Positions 1-10,681 of a DNA stretch of 64,000 nucleotides are shown one piece after another. A model generated the notes under the pieces. That model saw only the letters and a list, made by a program, of their open reading frames with translations. It did not search any database and had not been told where the DNA came from. This stretch comes from Terriglobia bacterium (GTDB lineage: Bacteria > Acidobacteriota > Terriglobia > 20CM-2-55-15): the NCBI GenBank assembly GCA_965218585.1, contig CBDCLE010000017.1:160001-224000 (forward strand), written 5' to 3'. The position numbers and the translations under genes are program-made. Each line of letters starts with the position of its first letter. The stretch's first letter is position 1.

Positions 1-1
1 G

Positions 2-1639
2 GACAAGAAGTATCCGGAATGGAGAAACGTCGAGTACAACACGGACGGTTCGGCCAAGTACATGCCCGCAGGCGTCGGTGTCCTCGAAAAATCTCTCTTG
101 CGCAAGTTTTCAACCGACGACGTCGTAGCCTGCTATCCCGACGACCTGACGAAGTTCATCGGCTCCCGCACTCGAGTCGTAGCCGTGTCGACACACAACC
201 CCCTGGGAGTAACCTTCGCAGCAGGGGTCTACACGTCCATATTCGGATCCTCGAAGATGCCCATCAACTCGCACTATACGCGGCTGATGTTCGACACGAT
301 AAAATCCAGCGAATACCGGGGCAACTTCAAAGTAATCGTCGGCGGATCTGGCGGATGGCAGATCAAGCAGACGGACACCTACGATGAACTGGGCGTGGAC
401 TGTGTCGTGGATGGACGCAGCGAATCGGTGGACTCGATGGCCTTGTTTCACAAAGCCATTCGAGGAGAGGACCTGGACCGCGAAATTACGGTCGAACACC
501 CGCGAAGCCGAGAAGCTGTTTTGTTCCCGGACCGGAGAACCAGTTTCGGTGTGATTGAAATGACTACCGGCTGCGGAAGGCGCTGCAACTTCTGTGTGCC
601 GGATTTGAATCCACAGCTCGACTTGCCGAAAGACAAGATCATGTCCGCAGTGCGAGCCAATATTGAGAACGGCAACGGTCAGATCTCCCTTGCGACGGAA
701 GATATGTTTATCTGGGGCCAGGTTCAGACCGACACTCCGTTCTTCTTCCCGAACCGGGAGGCGTTGGTCGATCTCTACAAGGAATCCTCCAGCTATCCGG
801 GCGTCAAAGAGTTTGGTCTGTCACACTCGACGATAGCCCCAGCCGTCGTAGATCCCGTACTGATCGAGCAGCTTTCGGACACAATCCTCGACAAGAGCCC
901 CATCCATTTGCCAACAGTGAGCAAGCATCCGAAGAAGAAAGCGCTCACACCGCTGATCGGCCTGGAAACAGGGTCGGTCCGGCTGGCAAAGAAGATCATG
1001 CCGAGTAAGGGCGTCCCCTTCTCGATAGAAGACTGGCCCAGCGTGGTGGTCGAAGGTCTGCGCGTCATGAACCAGAACAACTGGTATCCAATGATGACGC
1101 TGATTATTGGCAATCCGGGTGAAACAGATGAGGACGTGAAGGCGACATTGGATCTGGTCTACGAGCTCGAGCGGCGGAATCTGTTCGCGTTTCTGGTTCC
1201 GTCCGTGTTCACACCGTTGCACGACACCCGTATGGCGCAGGAAAAGGGCGTCACAGAAACGCAGCAGCTGACCACACTGCAATGGCAGCTGATCATGAAG
1301 TGCTGGAAGAACAACCTCAGACCGGGCCAGTACAGCTGGTGGGGCCCGTCCGCGTGGCGGATCGGATCGTTCTTCATGTGGTTGACCAAGCTCCGCCGAA
1401 CCAACGGACCTAACTTCACGTGGCCCTTATTCATGTTTTCCAGCTTGATGCCTGAGGACTGGATGGAACGACTGGGCAAGATTTACGTCGGCAAGCCGAT
1501 GAAGCTCAAAACACGGAAAGAACTTCTGGAGTCCATTCGGCCGAACTACTGGAAATATCTTCGCGAAGACTGCGGCGATCTGCCTGAAGGCTGGCCGGGC
1601 CCGGAAGCCAAGCCATCTCAAGTTGAAGTACTCGCGTAG
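2..1639 (+). CDS. Radical SAM protein (Fe-S oxidoreductase-like), 5'-truncated by window edge
   Basis: CxxxCxxC motif CGRRCNFC, GLETGS and IIGNPGET motifs; frame is open from position 2, upstream of ATG 62. Confidence 0.85.
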   Translation, partial: DKKYPEWRNVEYNTDGSAKYMPAGVGVLEKSLLRKFSTDDVVACYPDDLTKFIGSRTRVVAVSTHNPLGVTFAAGVYTSIFGSSKMPINSHYTRLMFDTIKSSEYRGNFKVIVGGSGGWQIKQTDTYDELGVDCVVDGRSESVDSMALFHKAIRGEDLDREITVEHPRSREAVLFPDRRTSFGVIEMTTGCGRRCNFCVPDLNPQLDLPKDKIMSAVRANIENGNGQISLATEDMFIWGQVQTDTPFFFPNREALVDLYKESSSYPGVKEFGLSHSTIAPAVVDPVLIEQLSDTILDKSPIHLPTVSKHPKKKALTPLIGLETGSVRLAKKIMPSKGVPFSIEDWPSVVVEGLRVMNQNNWYPMMTLIIGNPGETDEDVKATLDLVYELERRNLFAFLVPSVFTPLHDTRMAQEKGVTETQQLTTLQWQLIMKCWKNNLRPGQYSWWGPSAWRIGSFFMWLTKLRRTNGPNFTWPLFMFSSLMPEDWMERLGKIYVGKPMKLKTRKELLESIRPNYWKYLREDCGDLPEGWPGPEAKPSQVEVLA

Positions 1640-1652
1640 AAGGGCTCGGTAA

Positions 1653-1934
1653 CTACTCGCCGACTTCGATACCCTTCCAAAAGGCTACGTAGTTACGGAT
1701 GTTGTTGGCAGCTTCCTTCGTCTCAGGATAGTACCAGGCGGCATCTTTGTTCGATTCCCCGTTTACAACGACATCGTAGTAGTTCGCCTCACCCTTCCAC
1801 GGACATGTCGAGTGCATGCCGCTGTCCTGGAGATAGTCTCCCTGGATCGCGTCCGGTGGAAAGTAATGGTTACCTTCCACAACGATTGTCTCTTCGCTTT
1901 CAGCTATCACCGTTCCGTTCCAAGTTGCCTTCAT
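1653..1934 (-). CDS. DUF427 domain protein
   Basis: MKATWNGTVIAES..VEGNHYFP..CPWKGEANYY..AAWYYP signature. Confidence 0.9.
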   Translation of the reverse strand: MKATWNGTVIAESEETIVVEGNHYFPPDAIQGDYLQDSGMHSTCPWKGEANYYDVVVNGESNKDAAWYYPETKEAANNIRNYVAFWKGIEVGE

Positions 1935-2079
1935 TGAGCCTCCTTCGTATGAAGACTATCCTACTCGAATTGGCCGACAGATTTCTTGTAGTTTCCCACA
2001 CCCCTAAGAGGACATTTCCCAGCGCAGATTGCGGTCGATTGCGGCCCGTGCCTCCTGACGACTGCTACAATGAAAGTCC

Positions 2080-2835
2080 ATGCGGGGCACAATTACCATA
2101 TTCTTGGCCGTCTTCCTCGTTTCAGCGCCTGCCGGTGCAGCCCAGTCTGACGCACTCCTTGAACGGCTGGCTTTCCGCGGACTAGTAAACGATTTCGCCG
2201 GTGTTATCGGATCCGAAGCCGCTTCGATCGAAAATGTTCTCCGAGAGCTCGAACAGAAGACCGGGACTCAGGTCGCCATCGTGACGCTCAGTTCGCTCGA
2301 GGGAGGAGAAATCGACGATTTCGCCGTCCGACTTTTCGAAACCTGGGGGATCGGTCAATCCGGCGAAGACAATGGCGTTCTCCTTCTGGCAGCCATTGAG
2401 GATCGGGAAGTGAGGATTGAGGTCGGATACGGCCTGGAGCCGCTCATTCCCGACGCACTGGCGGGCCGGATTCTGGATGAAGCGGTTCTGCCGGCGTTCA
2501 GGCAGGAACAGTACGGAGCTGGAATGGCTGCGGGTGCGGCTACGCTGGCGCTCCTGGTTGCCAACAGCGCCGGTGTCGAGTTGACCGGAACCATTGCAGC
2601 TCCGGCTCCGGTCGCGCAGACCAGAAATCCTCTTGGAGGTTTGCTGCGCTTCATCGTCCTCCTTTTCTTATTGCCCTTCATCATCAGAAACCCGTGGCTT
2701 GCACTGATGCTGTTCTCCAGCGGCCGCATGGGAAGAGGGTTTGGCGGCGGTGGCTTCGGACGTGGAGGCGGCGGTGGGTTTGGAGGCTTCGGCGGCGGGA
2801 TGTCCGGTGGTGGTGGGGCGGGACGCTCATGGTAA
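2080..2835 (+). CDS. TPM domain (YgcG-like) membrane protein with Gly-rich tail
   Basis: Signal peptide, VNDFAGV, WGIG..DNGVLLL, RIEVGYGLE, C-terminal GGFGGFGGGMSGGGGAGRSW. Confidence 0.9.
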   Translation: MRGTITIFLAVFLVSAPAGAAQSDALLERLAFRGLVNDFAGVIGSEAASIENVLRELEQKTGTQVAIVTLSSLEGGEIDDFAVRLFETWGIGQSGEDNGVLLLAAIEDREVRIEVGYGLEPLIPDALAGRILDEAVLPAFRQEQYGAGMAAGAATLALLVANSAGVELTGTIAAPAPVAQTRNPLGGLLRFIVLLFLLPFIIRNPWLALMLFSSGRMGRGFGGGGFGRGGGGGFGGFGGGMSGGGGAGRSW

Positions 2836-2847
2836 GAGGAGAGCATT

Positions 2848-3555
2848 TTGAAACCTGAAGATCTGGTTCAGAAGCTCGAACAGGCGCTGGGATCGGGAGT
2901 GCGCTCCGTTGTCCTCTACGGCTCTGCGGCAGCCGGCGACCATGTGGGAAAGCGTTCCGACTACAACGTTCTCGTCGTTGCTGACACGCTGGGACTAAAG
3001 GAACTCCTCGCATTGTCGAAACCCTCCGCTGCGTGGCGAAAGGCTGGAAATCCGTCACCCCTGTTTTTCACAATGGAACGGCTTCAGAAATCAGCCGACG
3101 TCTTTCCGATAGAAATCCTCGACATCAAGGAATCCCATCGGGTCCTCTCCGGCGAAGACGTTCTGGATCAGATCGAAGTCCACACCGAGAACCTGAGGCT
3201 CATACTGGAGCACCAGCTGAAATCGAGCCTGATCCGCCTCAGAGAAGGGTTTCTCCTCACGGAGGGAAAGTCCAAACGTGTTCTCGAGCTGATGATCGAT
3301 TCGATATCGACGATTCTTGTCTTGTTTCGAGCCGCGTTACGCATTTACCAGGACGAGGTTCCGCCTCGCAAAATGGACGCACTCAGCGCGTTGGCCTCGC
3401 ATTTAAGATTCGATGAATCGGTATTCGTGACCATTGAAGATCTCAAGGAAGGCCTCGGTGGTGGAAAGGAAATCAATACCCTGGATTTGTTTGACACCTA
3501 TCTGACCACCATCGAATCGGTTGTCGATATGGTCGACCAACATACGCGCCAGTGA
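2848..3555 (+). CDS. Nucleotidyltransferase-fold protein
   Basis: VVLYGSAAAGD..SDYN Pol-beta-like motif and DVFPIE; lies between the TPM gene and lemA. Confidence 0.75.
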   Translation: MKPEDLVQKLEQALGSGVRSVVLYGSAAAGDHVGKRSDYNVLVVADTLGLKELLALSKPSAAWRKAGNPSPLFFTMERLQKSADVFPIEILDIKESHRVLSGEDVLDQIEVHTENLRLILEHQLKSSLIRLREGFLLTEGKSKRVLELMIDSISTILVLFRAALRIYQDEVPPRKMDALSALASHLRFDESVFVTIEDLKEGLGGGKEINTLDLFDTYLTTIESVVDMVDQHTRQ

Positions 3556-3591
3556 GGTATTCTATTTAGACTGTCTTGTATCGGAGGATCT

Positions 3592-4158
3592 ATGTCCACA
3601 AAAGGCTGGATTGTCATCGGTGCTCTTGTCCTTGCTGTCCTGATCGTTGGCGGAAGCTACGTCGGCACATACAACGAACTTGTCGGGTTGGACCAGCAGG
3701 CTGAAAGTTCATGGGCCCAGGTTGAAACCGTACTTCAGAGGCGCTACGACCTGATACCCAACCTGGTAAACACGGTACAGGGCTTTGCCGATCAGGAACA
3801 GGAAGTTCTCACCGAGGTAACCAGGCTCCGCAGCCAGTGGGGAGAAGCCGGCACTGCGAACCAGCAAGCAGCCGTCGCCGGACAACTCGAAGGCGCCCTG
3901 GGCCGCCTCATGGTTGTCATGGAAAGCTACCCGGAACTCCGATCCAATCAGAACTTCCTGGCACTTCAAGACGAGCTTTCCGGTACGGAAAATAGAATTG
4001 CCGTCGAACGCCGCCGCTACAACGAATCAATCCAGAGTTACAACACCAGGGTGCGACAGTTCCCCACCAACATCATCGCTAACATGACGGGCTTCGATCA
4101 GCGCGAATTCTTCGATGCTGTAGGCGCGGCGGATACCGCGCCCGTCGTCACTTTCTGA
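3592..4158 (+). CDS. lemA: LemA family protein
   Basis: N-terminal TM segment, QRRYDLIPNLV, ESYPELRSNQNF, TENRIAVERRRYN; GGAGG RBS. Confidence 0.95.
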   Translation: MSTKGWIVIGALVLAVLIVGGSYVGTYNELVGLDQQAESSWAQVETVLQRRYDLIPNLVNTVQGFADQEQEVLTEVTRLRSQWGEAGTANQQAAVAGQLEGALGRLMVVMESYPELRSNQNFLALQDELSGTENRIAVERRRYNESIQSYNTRVRQFPTNIIANMTGFDQREFFDAVGAADTAPVVTF

Positions 4159-4243
4159 TCCGAATCTATCCCTGAAAATAACTGGAGAACCGGAGAGAGC
4201 CGTTCAGACGCCAGCCAGGCAAGGCGTGCCGAGCGAAGGCGAC

Positions 4244-5608
4244 GAGGTCGTTCCAATCGGTGTGTAAAAAGAGAAGGCGGTGTACGCTTTCGGTGAATCC
4301 GAAACCCTAAGCAATCCCGGCAGCAATCGGGAGAAAGGTACACCACCCATGAAGAAGAAGAACATACCGGCATCAGTGGCGTCAACGAACGCGTATGAAG
4401 GTTTGGAGGACTGGGCGCGATCCCGGGTCCAAGTCTGGCTACAGGAGCTGCTCGAGGACGAAGTCACTCAATTTCTGGGTCGGGAAAAGTTGGAGCGGAG
4501 TCCGAATCGACGAGGATACCGGAACGGTCACGGGAAACCGCGACGCTTCGCAATGATGAACGGTACGATGGAGGTTCGACGACCTCGGGTTCGAAACACC
4601 GCCGAGCGGTTCGAGAGTCAGATCCTGCCGTATTTTCGACGGAAATCGAAACAGCTGGGCGAGCTACTTCCCGATCTCTACCTCCACGGTCTGGCCACAG
4701 GGGACTTCGAGCAGGCCATGCGCGGACTGCTTGGCGCTGGCGCTCCGTTGTCGCGAGCATCGATCCAACGACTGAAATCGACCTGGCAGTTGGAGTATGA
4801 CGAGTGGGTCCAGCAGGACCTGTCCGGCCTCGAGGTCGTGTACCAGTGGGCAGACGGCTTGTACGTGAAAGCGGGGATCGCGAAAGAGCGAGCGGCATTG
4901 CTGGTGATCATCGGAGCCTTGTCAGACAGGCGCAAAGTGCTGTTGGCCTGTGAGAGCGGGCAGCGGGAAAGCAAGGAGTCCTGGAGCCGCATTCTGCGCA
5001 ATCTCCAGAGACGGGGCCTGAAGCTGGGACGGCTGACTGTCGCGGACGGTCACCTGGGCATCTGGTCCGCGCTGGCCGAGCAACAGCCCCAGGGCCAGGA
5101 ACAACGCTGCTGGAACCACAAGTCGATCAACGTGGTCGATCATCTGCCGAAGACCGAGCAGCCCGCGGCCAGACAGCTGCTTCATGGGATGGCCTTCGCG
5201 AACTCCCGCGCGGCCTGCGAACGAAAGCGGGATCAGTTCGTCCGCCGATATGAGAAGAACTATCCCAAAGCGGGTGAGACGCTGTTGCGGGACTGGGACC
5301 GGATGATTACTTTCTATGAGTTCCCGAAACAACACTGGGTGCATCTGAGAACGACCAACATCGTCGAATCGCCCTTCGACATGGTTCGTCTCCGCACCAA
5401 CGCCGCTCGCCGATTCAAGCGTGTCGAGAATGCAACGGCAATAATCTGGAAGCTACTACGTGTCGCTGAGAAGGCTTGGCGACACTTAAAAGGATCCGAA
5501 CTCTTACAAGAGGTCTATGATGGTCAGCAATTCGCTGACGGCATCAGAGTCGTGATGAAATCGAAGGCCGCCGCCTGATGACTTTTACACACCTTTTGTA
5601 ATGACCTC
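4244..5608 (+). mobile_element. IS256-family element, copy 1 (1365 bp)
   Basis: Imperfect 26-bp terminal IRs GAGGTCGTTCCAATCGGTGTGTAAAA / TTTTACACACCTTTTGTAATGACCTC; near-identical to 56289-57653; no matching TSD. Confidence 0.92.
4349..5578 (+). CDS. IS256-family transposase
   Basis: YRNGHGKPR, WADGLY, VADGHLG, QRCWNHK, RTTNIVES motifs; ATG 4349 preferred over GTG 4280. Confidence 0.93.
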   Translation: MKKKNIPASVASTNAYEGLEDWARSRVQVWLQELLEDEVTQFLGREKLERSPNRRGYRNGHGKPRRFAMMNGTMEVRRPRVRNTAERFESQILPYFRRKSKQLGELLPDLYLHGLATGDFEQAMRGLLGAGAPLSRASIQRLKSTWQLEYDEWVQQDLSGLEVVYQWADGLYVKAGIAKERAALLVIIGALSDRRKVLLACESGQRESKESWSRILRNLQRRGLKLGRLTVADGHLGIWSALAEQQPQGQEQRCWNHKSINVVDHLPKTEQPAARQLLHGMAFANSRAACERKRDQFVRRYEKNYPKAGETLLRDWDRMITFYEFPKQHWVHLRTTNIVESPFDMVRLRTNAARRFKRVENATAIIWKLLRVAEKAWRHLKGSELLQEVYDGQQFADGIRVVMKSKAAA

Positions 5609-5741
5609 AACCCTCCTTATTCCATGTGTTCTTTCTTTAGACGTTCGAAAGAGGGATTTGGATCACTCATTCAGAACGAACATGCAGTCGGCCGAGCGTT
5701 CAGAACTTTAACTCGGAAAAAGGCTTGAGGGCTGACGTCCA

Positions 5742-7561
5742 TCATTCTTCGGAAGGATTTTCCAGATTCTGGATCTTTTCGTTGAGGTGTCGTTTTTCGT
5801 CTTCCCACACAGCTGTCTTCGTCCTGAATTCTTCTTCCAATTGACGACGAAGACGATTGAGCTCTTCTACTGTGGGATCGCTGGACCGCTTGAAGGCCAT
5901 CTCTCGCGCCTGCTTGATATTCGATTCCAGCTCCTTTACCTGTTTTTCAAGTCGGCCCCGCTCCAGGTTCCATTCTTCCACGGCCCCTCGATGCCGTCTC
6001 TCCAGGCGTGAAGCGTCACGATCCGCCTCCTCCCGTTTGGTCTCATGCTCCGCCCGAGATTCAGCAATGGCCTGCGTGCGGGCGGCTTCTTCTGCGGCAG
6101 GGATCGCTTCTTCAAGATGTTTGATTCGCGAAGCGGCCGACTGTTTTTCTCCCGCTAGCTCTTCGGTCAACGTCCTCACTTCCTGTTCGAGCTGGGAACG
6201 GGTCCGCGTCGCCTGCTCCATCTTCTGGTCATAATTGTGACGGAGTTCGTTATGGACCTCTTTGCGGAGCTCGTCGGCAACGCGAGCCGCCTCTTTCTCC
6301 ATGAGTTCGATACGCGAGATAAGCTCGTCGCGCTCACGTTCCAACTTTTCGCTGACGGCCTTGAGGTCTTCTCCGCCCTGACCGGGCTCTCTGCCTTCCT
6401 GTTTGGCCTTTAGCCGCTCCATCATCATGCGGCGTGCTTCGGCCATGGGATCCTGGGGACCTGCGCTCTTTGCCTTGTCAACCTGTTCGGCTAGCCGCTT
6501 CCGCTCGGCATCCCATTGTGCCTGCCACTCCTTTTTAGCTTCTGCCAATCGCGTCTGGACTTGCTCTCTGACCAGGTTGGCTGTCCGGGCGGGGTTGTTT
6601 GCCTGCTCCATGGATTCGACAAGGCGATTTTCAAGACTGGCGATCTGGGCCTTATATCCGGCGCGCTCGGCTTCAAAGCGCTCCTGGGAATTCTTCAGGT
6701 TCTCTTCAAGCTGTGATCTCGCCTTCTCTACAGCTTCGATCTTGAAGTCCGACTGCTTCTGAAGTTCGTCGCCCACCTGTTGACGGGCCGATTCCATGGC
6801 ACTCTGCGCGCCTTCTTCCAGTCGCTCGATCTCCTCGTGGTGTCGCCTCCGCTCATCTCCCCATTCTGCGCGTGTTCGATCGAAGTCTTCTTCCATCTTC
6901 GACTTTGAGTCTTCGAGTTCCTTGAACTGCTTGTCGAAACGCGTCTCAAGATCGTTTATGAGCTGTTGGGTGGCATCCGGTGACCATCCTACGGCGTAAA
7001 CGTCGATGGGTTCGTCCTTGCCTTTCATCTGGGCACGGCCCAGTTTGCCCACCTGATAACCCGCGGTATGGACGGCCGACAGCAAACTGTCGGTTATCAG
7101 GATCTGATCGGGTTGCGCCTGACCCTGAACCCGGGCAGCTGCATTGACTACATCACCAAAGACATCGTTTTCCATAGTCAATCCCAGACCCGTATGGACA
7201 CCAATTTTGACGTGGACCTCTTCGGAATCTTCACGCCCTTCGTTGTCCTCAACCAGGACGGTCTGCATCCTACGGCTGCCGTCACCGCATCGACAGGATC
7301 GTTGAACAGAGCCATGATTGCGTCACCAATAGTCTTGATGATCCGCCCATGGTTGTTTTCCACACACGGGAACAGCAGCTTATTGTGACGTTCGACCATC
7401 GCAAGGCCTTTGACGTCACCATTCCGTTCAAAGTAGGCCGTCGAATCTTTGATGTCGCTGAAGAGAATCGTCATGGGCGTTCGATGCCGCTCTTCTACGA
7501 CCGGGGCCTCGGCCTGTGTCTTTAGGATCTCTTCGATGCGTTCTTCTTCCATGCGAACCAA
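5742..7561 (-). CDS. Class III adenylate cyclase domain plus long C-terminal coiled coil; 1-nt frameshift near 7269
   Basis: TILFSDIKDST and KTIGDAIMA in ORF 7178-7561; KIGVHTG and DVFGDVVNAAARVQ in ORF 5742-7268; adding one base at GTAGG^ATG joins the frames. Confidence 0.8.
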
Positions 7562-7646
7562 CCAGCGCGTTTAAGTCAGAAAGGGGGCAATTATAGCAAG
7601 AGGGCGCCCCCGAGCAACACGTCTCGCACTTCCGGCTTCGGGAGCG

Positions 7647-8708
7647 TCAGGCCAGCCCCGGCGTCTCTCCAGCAGGCACCTGATCGATGTCCGGCTCTTT
7701 GGGGCTGATCCTTATACAGGCCGCCATATGACCTGGTTCGATCTCGGTAAGGATTGGGGTGTTGCTGGCGCAAGCTGGAACTGCATACGAACACCGCGTA
7801 TGGAACCGGCAGCCTGACGGTGGGTTGATGGGAGAGGGAACGTCCCCATCCAGGACGATTCTCTGACGTCGCCCTTCAGCAACCGGGTCGGGAATCGGCA
7901 CGGCCGATATGAGCGCCCGCGTATAAGGCATCAATGGATTACGGTAAAGTTCCGCGCTCTGACCCAGCTCGACCAGTTTCCCGAGATACATGACGGCTAC
8001 GCGATCTGCAGTGTGACGGATGGCGCGGAGATCGTGAGAAATAAACAGATAGGTCAGATTCCTCTCCGTCTGGAGTTTCTCGATCAAGTTGATGATCTGC
8101 GCCTGGATTGACACATCCAATGCGGATATCGGTTCGTCGGCCACGATGAAGTCCGGTTCCGGAGCCAACGCGCGGGCGATACCGATCCGCTGCTGCTGTC
8201 CACCAGAGAATTCATGCGGGTAGCGCTTGATGTATCGAGGACTCAGCCCAACCGTTTCCATGATGTCCCGGACACGTTCTTCTCTTTCTTTGAAACTCGA
8301 GATCCCGAAGTTCTCCATGGGTTCGGAGATAATCTGGCCGACAGTCATCCTCGGGTTGAGCGACGCATAAGGGTCCTGAAAAATCATCTGCAAACACCGC
8401 CTGTGGCCGCGCATCTGGGTAGCAGAAAGGCTTGCCAGATTGACGTCTTTGAACCGGACCTCTCCTTCGGTAATATCCGTCAACCGCAAGAGGGCCCTTC
8501 CGAGCGTGGATTTCCCGCAACCGGACTCTCCAACCAACCCCAGCGTCTCTCCCTCTTCGATATCGAGAGAAACGCCGTCCACTGCCCGGACGACCTGGTG
8601 TCCGCCGTTGCCCATCCCCGGCAACTGGCTCCACCAGCCGCCGCCTCCCAGATCGAAATGCACTTTGAGATCACGGATTGACAGCAAGCTCCCTTGGGCC
8701 TCAGTCAT
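7647..8708 (-). CDS. oppF: Oligopeptide/dipeptide ABC transporter ATPase (OppF/DppF-like)
   Basis: [28 protein letters not shown]-terminal GCRFHTRC. Confidence 0.9.
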   Translation of the reverse strand: MTEAQGSLLSIRDLKVHFDLGGGGWWSQLPGMGNGGHQVVRAVDGVSLDIEEGETLGLVGESGCGKSTLGRALLRLTDITEGEVRFKDVNLASLSATQMRGHRRCLQMIFQDPYASLNPRMTVGQIISEPMENFGISSFKEREERVRDIMETVGLSPRYIKRYPHEFSGGQQQRIGIARALAPEPDFIVADEPISALDVSIQAQIINLIEKLQTERNLTYLFISHDLRAIRHTADRVAVMYLGKLVELGQSAELYRNPLMPYTRALISAVPIPDPVAEGRRQRIVLDGDVPSPINPPSGCRFHTRCSYAVPACASNTPILTEIEPGHMAACIRISPKEPDIDQVPAGETPGLA

Positions 8709-9732
8709 TGCTCACCTCGGAATAAACCTCCTCTGCTACATGACAGAGAGAGCGGTGGTTCGGAGCGATCTCGACAAAGGGTGGAAACTCGGCGCGGCAC
8801 TGCTCCGTTGCCCGATCGCAACGTGGCGCAAAGGGGCATCCCGAAGGCAGACGGGAGAGGTGGGGAGGCAATCCGGGTATCTGATACAGTTCGCCGGGTT
8901 CGGCAGAAGCTCCAGGCACTGAACGCAGGAGTCCACGGGTGTATGGGTTGGCCGATCTGCGAAACAATGCCTCGGTCCCAGCGCGTTCGAAGATCCTTCC
9001 CGCGTACATCACGACGACTTCGTCCGCCATACCGGCAACGACTCCAAGGTCGTGGGTCACCAGTATGACGCTGGTTCCCATCTCTTTTTTCATCTGCCGA
9101 ATCAGATCCAGGATCTGAGCCTGAATCGTAACGTCCAGCGCCGTCGTCGGTTCGTCGGCGATCAGGAGTTCCGGGTCACAGGACAACGCCATCGCGATCA
9201 TCACCCTCTGCCGCATCCCTCCCGAAAACTCGTGAGGGTAACTGCGGGCCCGCGACCGGGCATCCGGAATGCCGACCAGATCCAGCATCTTGACTGCATG
9301 CCGAAAGGCCTCGGCTTTCCCATACCCACGATGGAGGCGTGTCATCTCCATCAGCTGGTTGGAAACGCGCATGAAGGGATTAAGGGATGTCATCGGGTCC
9401 TGGAAGATCATTGCGATCCGGTCGCCGCGCATGTGCCTCATCTGTTCGGCATCCAGGGACAGCAAGTTCTGACCATCGAACTCAATCTCACCGCCCACGA
9501 CGCGTCCGGGCGGTTCTGGAACCAGGCCCATGATCGAAAGATTGGTCACTGATTTTCCGGAGCCCGATTCCCCGACAATGCCCAGCGTCTTGCCTCGCCC
9601 GAGTTCGAAATCGATACCATCAACGGCCTTTTCGGTGCCTTCGTCGGTATCAAAATAGGTTCGAAGATCCCGAACCGACAACAACGGCGGAGATCGATCC
9701 AGACCGGGTTCTTCTGCCAGAGGCCGTGTCAT
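8701..9732 (-). CDS. oppD: Oligopeptide/dipeptide ABC transporter ATPase (OppD/DppD-like)
   Basis: [36 protein letters not shown]. Confidence 0.9.
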   Translation of the reverse strand: MTRPLAEEPGLDRSPPLLSVRDLRTYFDTDEGTEKAVDGIDFELGRGKTLGIVGESGSGKSVTNLSIMGLVPEPPGRVVGGEIEFDGQNLLSLDAEQMRHMRGDRIAMIFQDPMTSLNPFMRVSNQLMEMTRLHRGYGKAEAFRHAVKMLDLVGIPDARSRARSYPHEFSGGMRQRVMIAMALSCDPELLIADEPTTALDVTIQAQILDLIRQMKKEMGTSVILVTHDLGVVAGMADEVVVMYAGRIFERAGTEALFRRSANPYTRGLLRSVPGASAEPGELYQIPGLPPHLSRLPSGCPFAPRCDRATEQCRAEFPPFVEIAPNHRSLCHVAEEVYSEVSND

Positions 9733-9739
9733 AGCATCT

Positions 9740-10681
9740 CTATTCCAAAGTCTTTCGCATCTTGGGATCTAGGGCGTCGCGCAGACCGTCACCCACGAAG
9801 TTCAGAGAAAACAGCGCTGCCGCCATCGTCACGCCAGGGAAGATCAGCTGCCAGGGAAAGATCGCGATGTTGCGAATTCCATCGGCAGCCAGGCTTCCCC
9901 ACGAGGCCAGGGGCGCCTGAACGCCGAGCCCCAGAAAGGAAAGGAACGCCTCCAGCAGCATCACCGAGGGAATCGTCAACGTCGCGTAGACAATCACGGG
10001 CCCCAGAGTGTTCGGTATGAGATGCCTGAAGACGATCTTGGTGGGCGGCGTTCCCGAAGCACGCGCGGCCAGAACGAATTCCTGGTTCTTCAGTGATATG
10101 ACCTGCCCACGGACGATTCGGGCCATCGTCAACCAGGACACAGCTCCCAGTCCTATGAACAGAAGAAATAACTGCCCCAACGGCGACTGCCCGCCGAAAA
10201 AGGCCAGGAGAACGATCACAACCATCATGTACGGGATGGCATACAGGACGTCGACAACCCGCATCATTGCGTCATCGATTCGGCCTCCTGCATATCCGGC
10301 CGTCGCGCCGAAGGTCACACCGATAATCAACGAAACCAGCGTCGAGATAATCCCGACCATTAGCGATATCCGGCCTCCGAGCAGAACCCGCGCCAGCAGG
10401 TCCCGTCCCGCCTCATCGGTTCCCATGGGATGAATCCAGGAGAAAGAGCCGTCCGGTGATGTGAATGGCGCGAACGATCGAACCAGTTCGGAATCGGTAG
10501 GAATGTAATCGTAGGTGAAACCGGTCGCACTCTCAATGATGGGTGGGCCGATCAATGACGCCAGAACGATCACACTTATGATGATCATTCCGGCAACAGC
10601 CAGACGATTGTGTCGAAGACGCCGCCAGGCGTCCTTCCAGAGCGAAGTTCCGGCAACTACGCCCGGTTCATCTTCGGGCAT
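9740..10681 (-). CDS. oppC: Oligopeptide ABC permease (OppC-like)
   Basis: SLWKDAWRRL, HPMGTDEAGRDL, EFVLAARASG, EAFLSFLGLG. Confidence 0.9.
   Translation of the reverse strand: MPEDEPGVVAGTSLWKDAWRRLRHNRLAVAGMIIISVIVLASLIGPPIIESATGFTYDYIPTDSELVRSFAPFTSPDGSFSWIHPMGTDEAGRDLLARVLLGGRISLMVGIISTLVSLIIGVTFGATAGYAGGRIDDAMMRVVDVLYAIPYMMVVIVLLAFFGGQSPLGQLFLLFIGLGAVSWLTMARIVRGQVISLKNQEFVLAARASGTPPTKIVFRHLIPNTLGPVIVYATLTIPSVMLLEAFLSFLGLGVQAPLASWGSLAADGIRNIAIFPWQLIFPGVTMAAALFSLNFVGDGLRDALDPKMRKTLE

Noticed and set aside
2735-2830. GGC-rich repeat
   Set aside because: Encodes the normal Gly-rich tail of TPM-domain proteins
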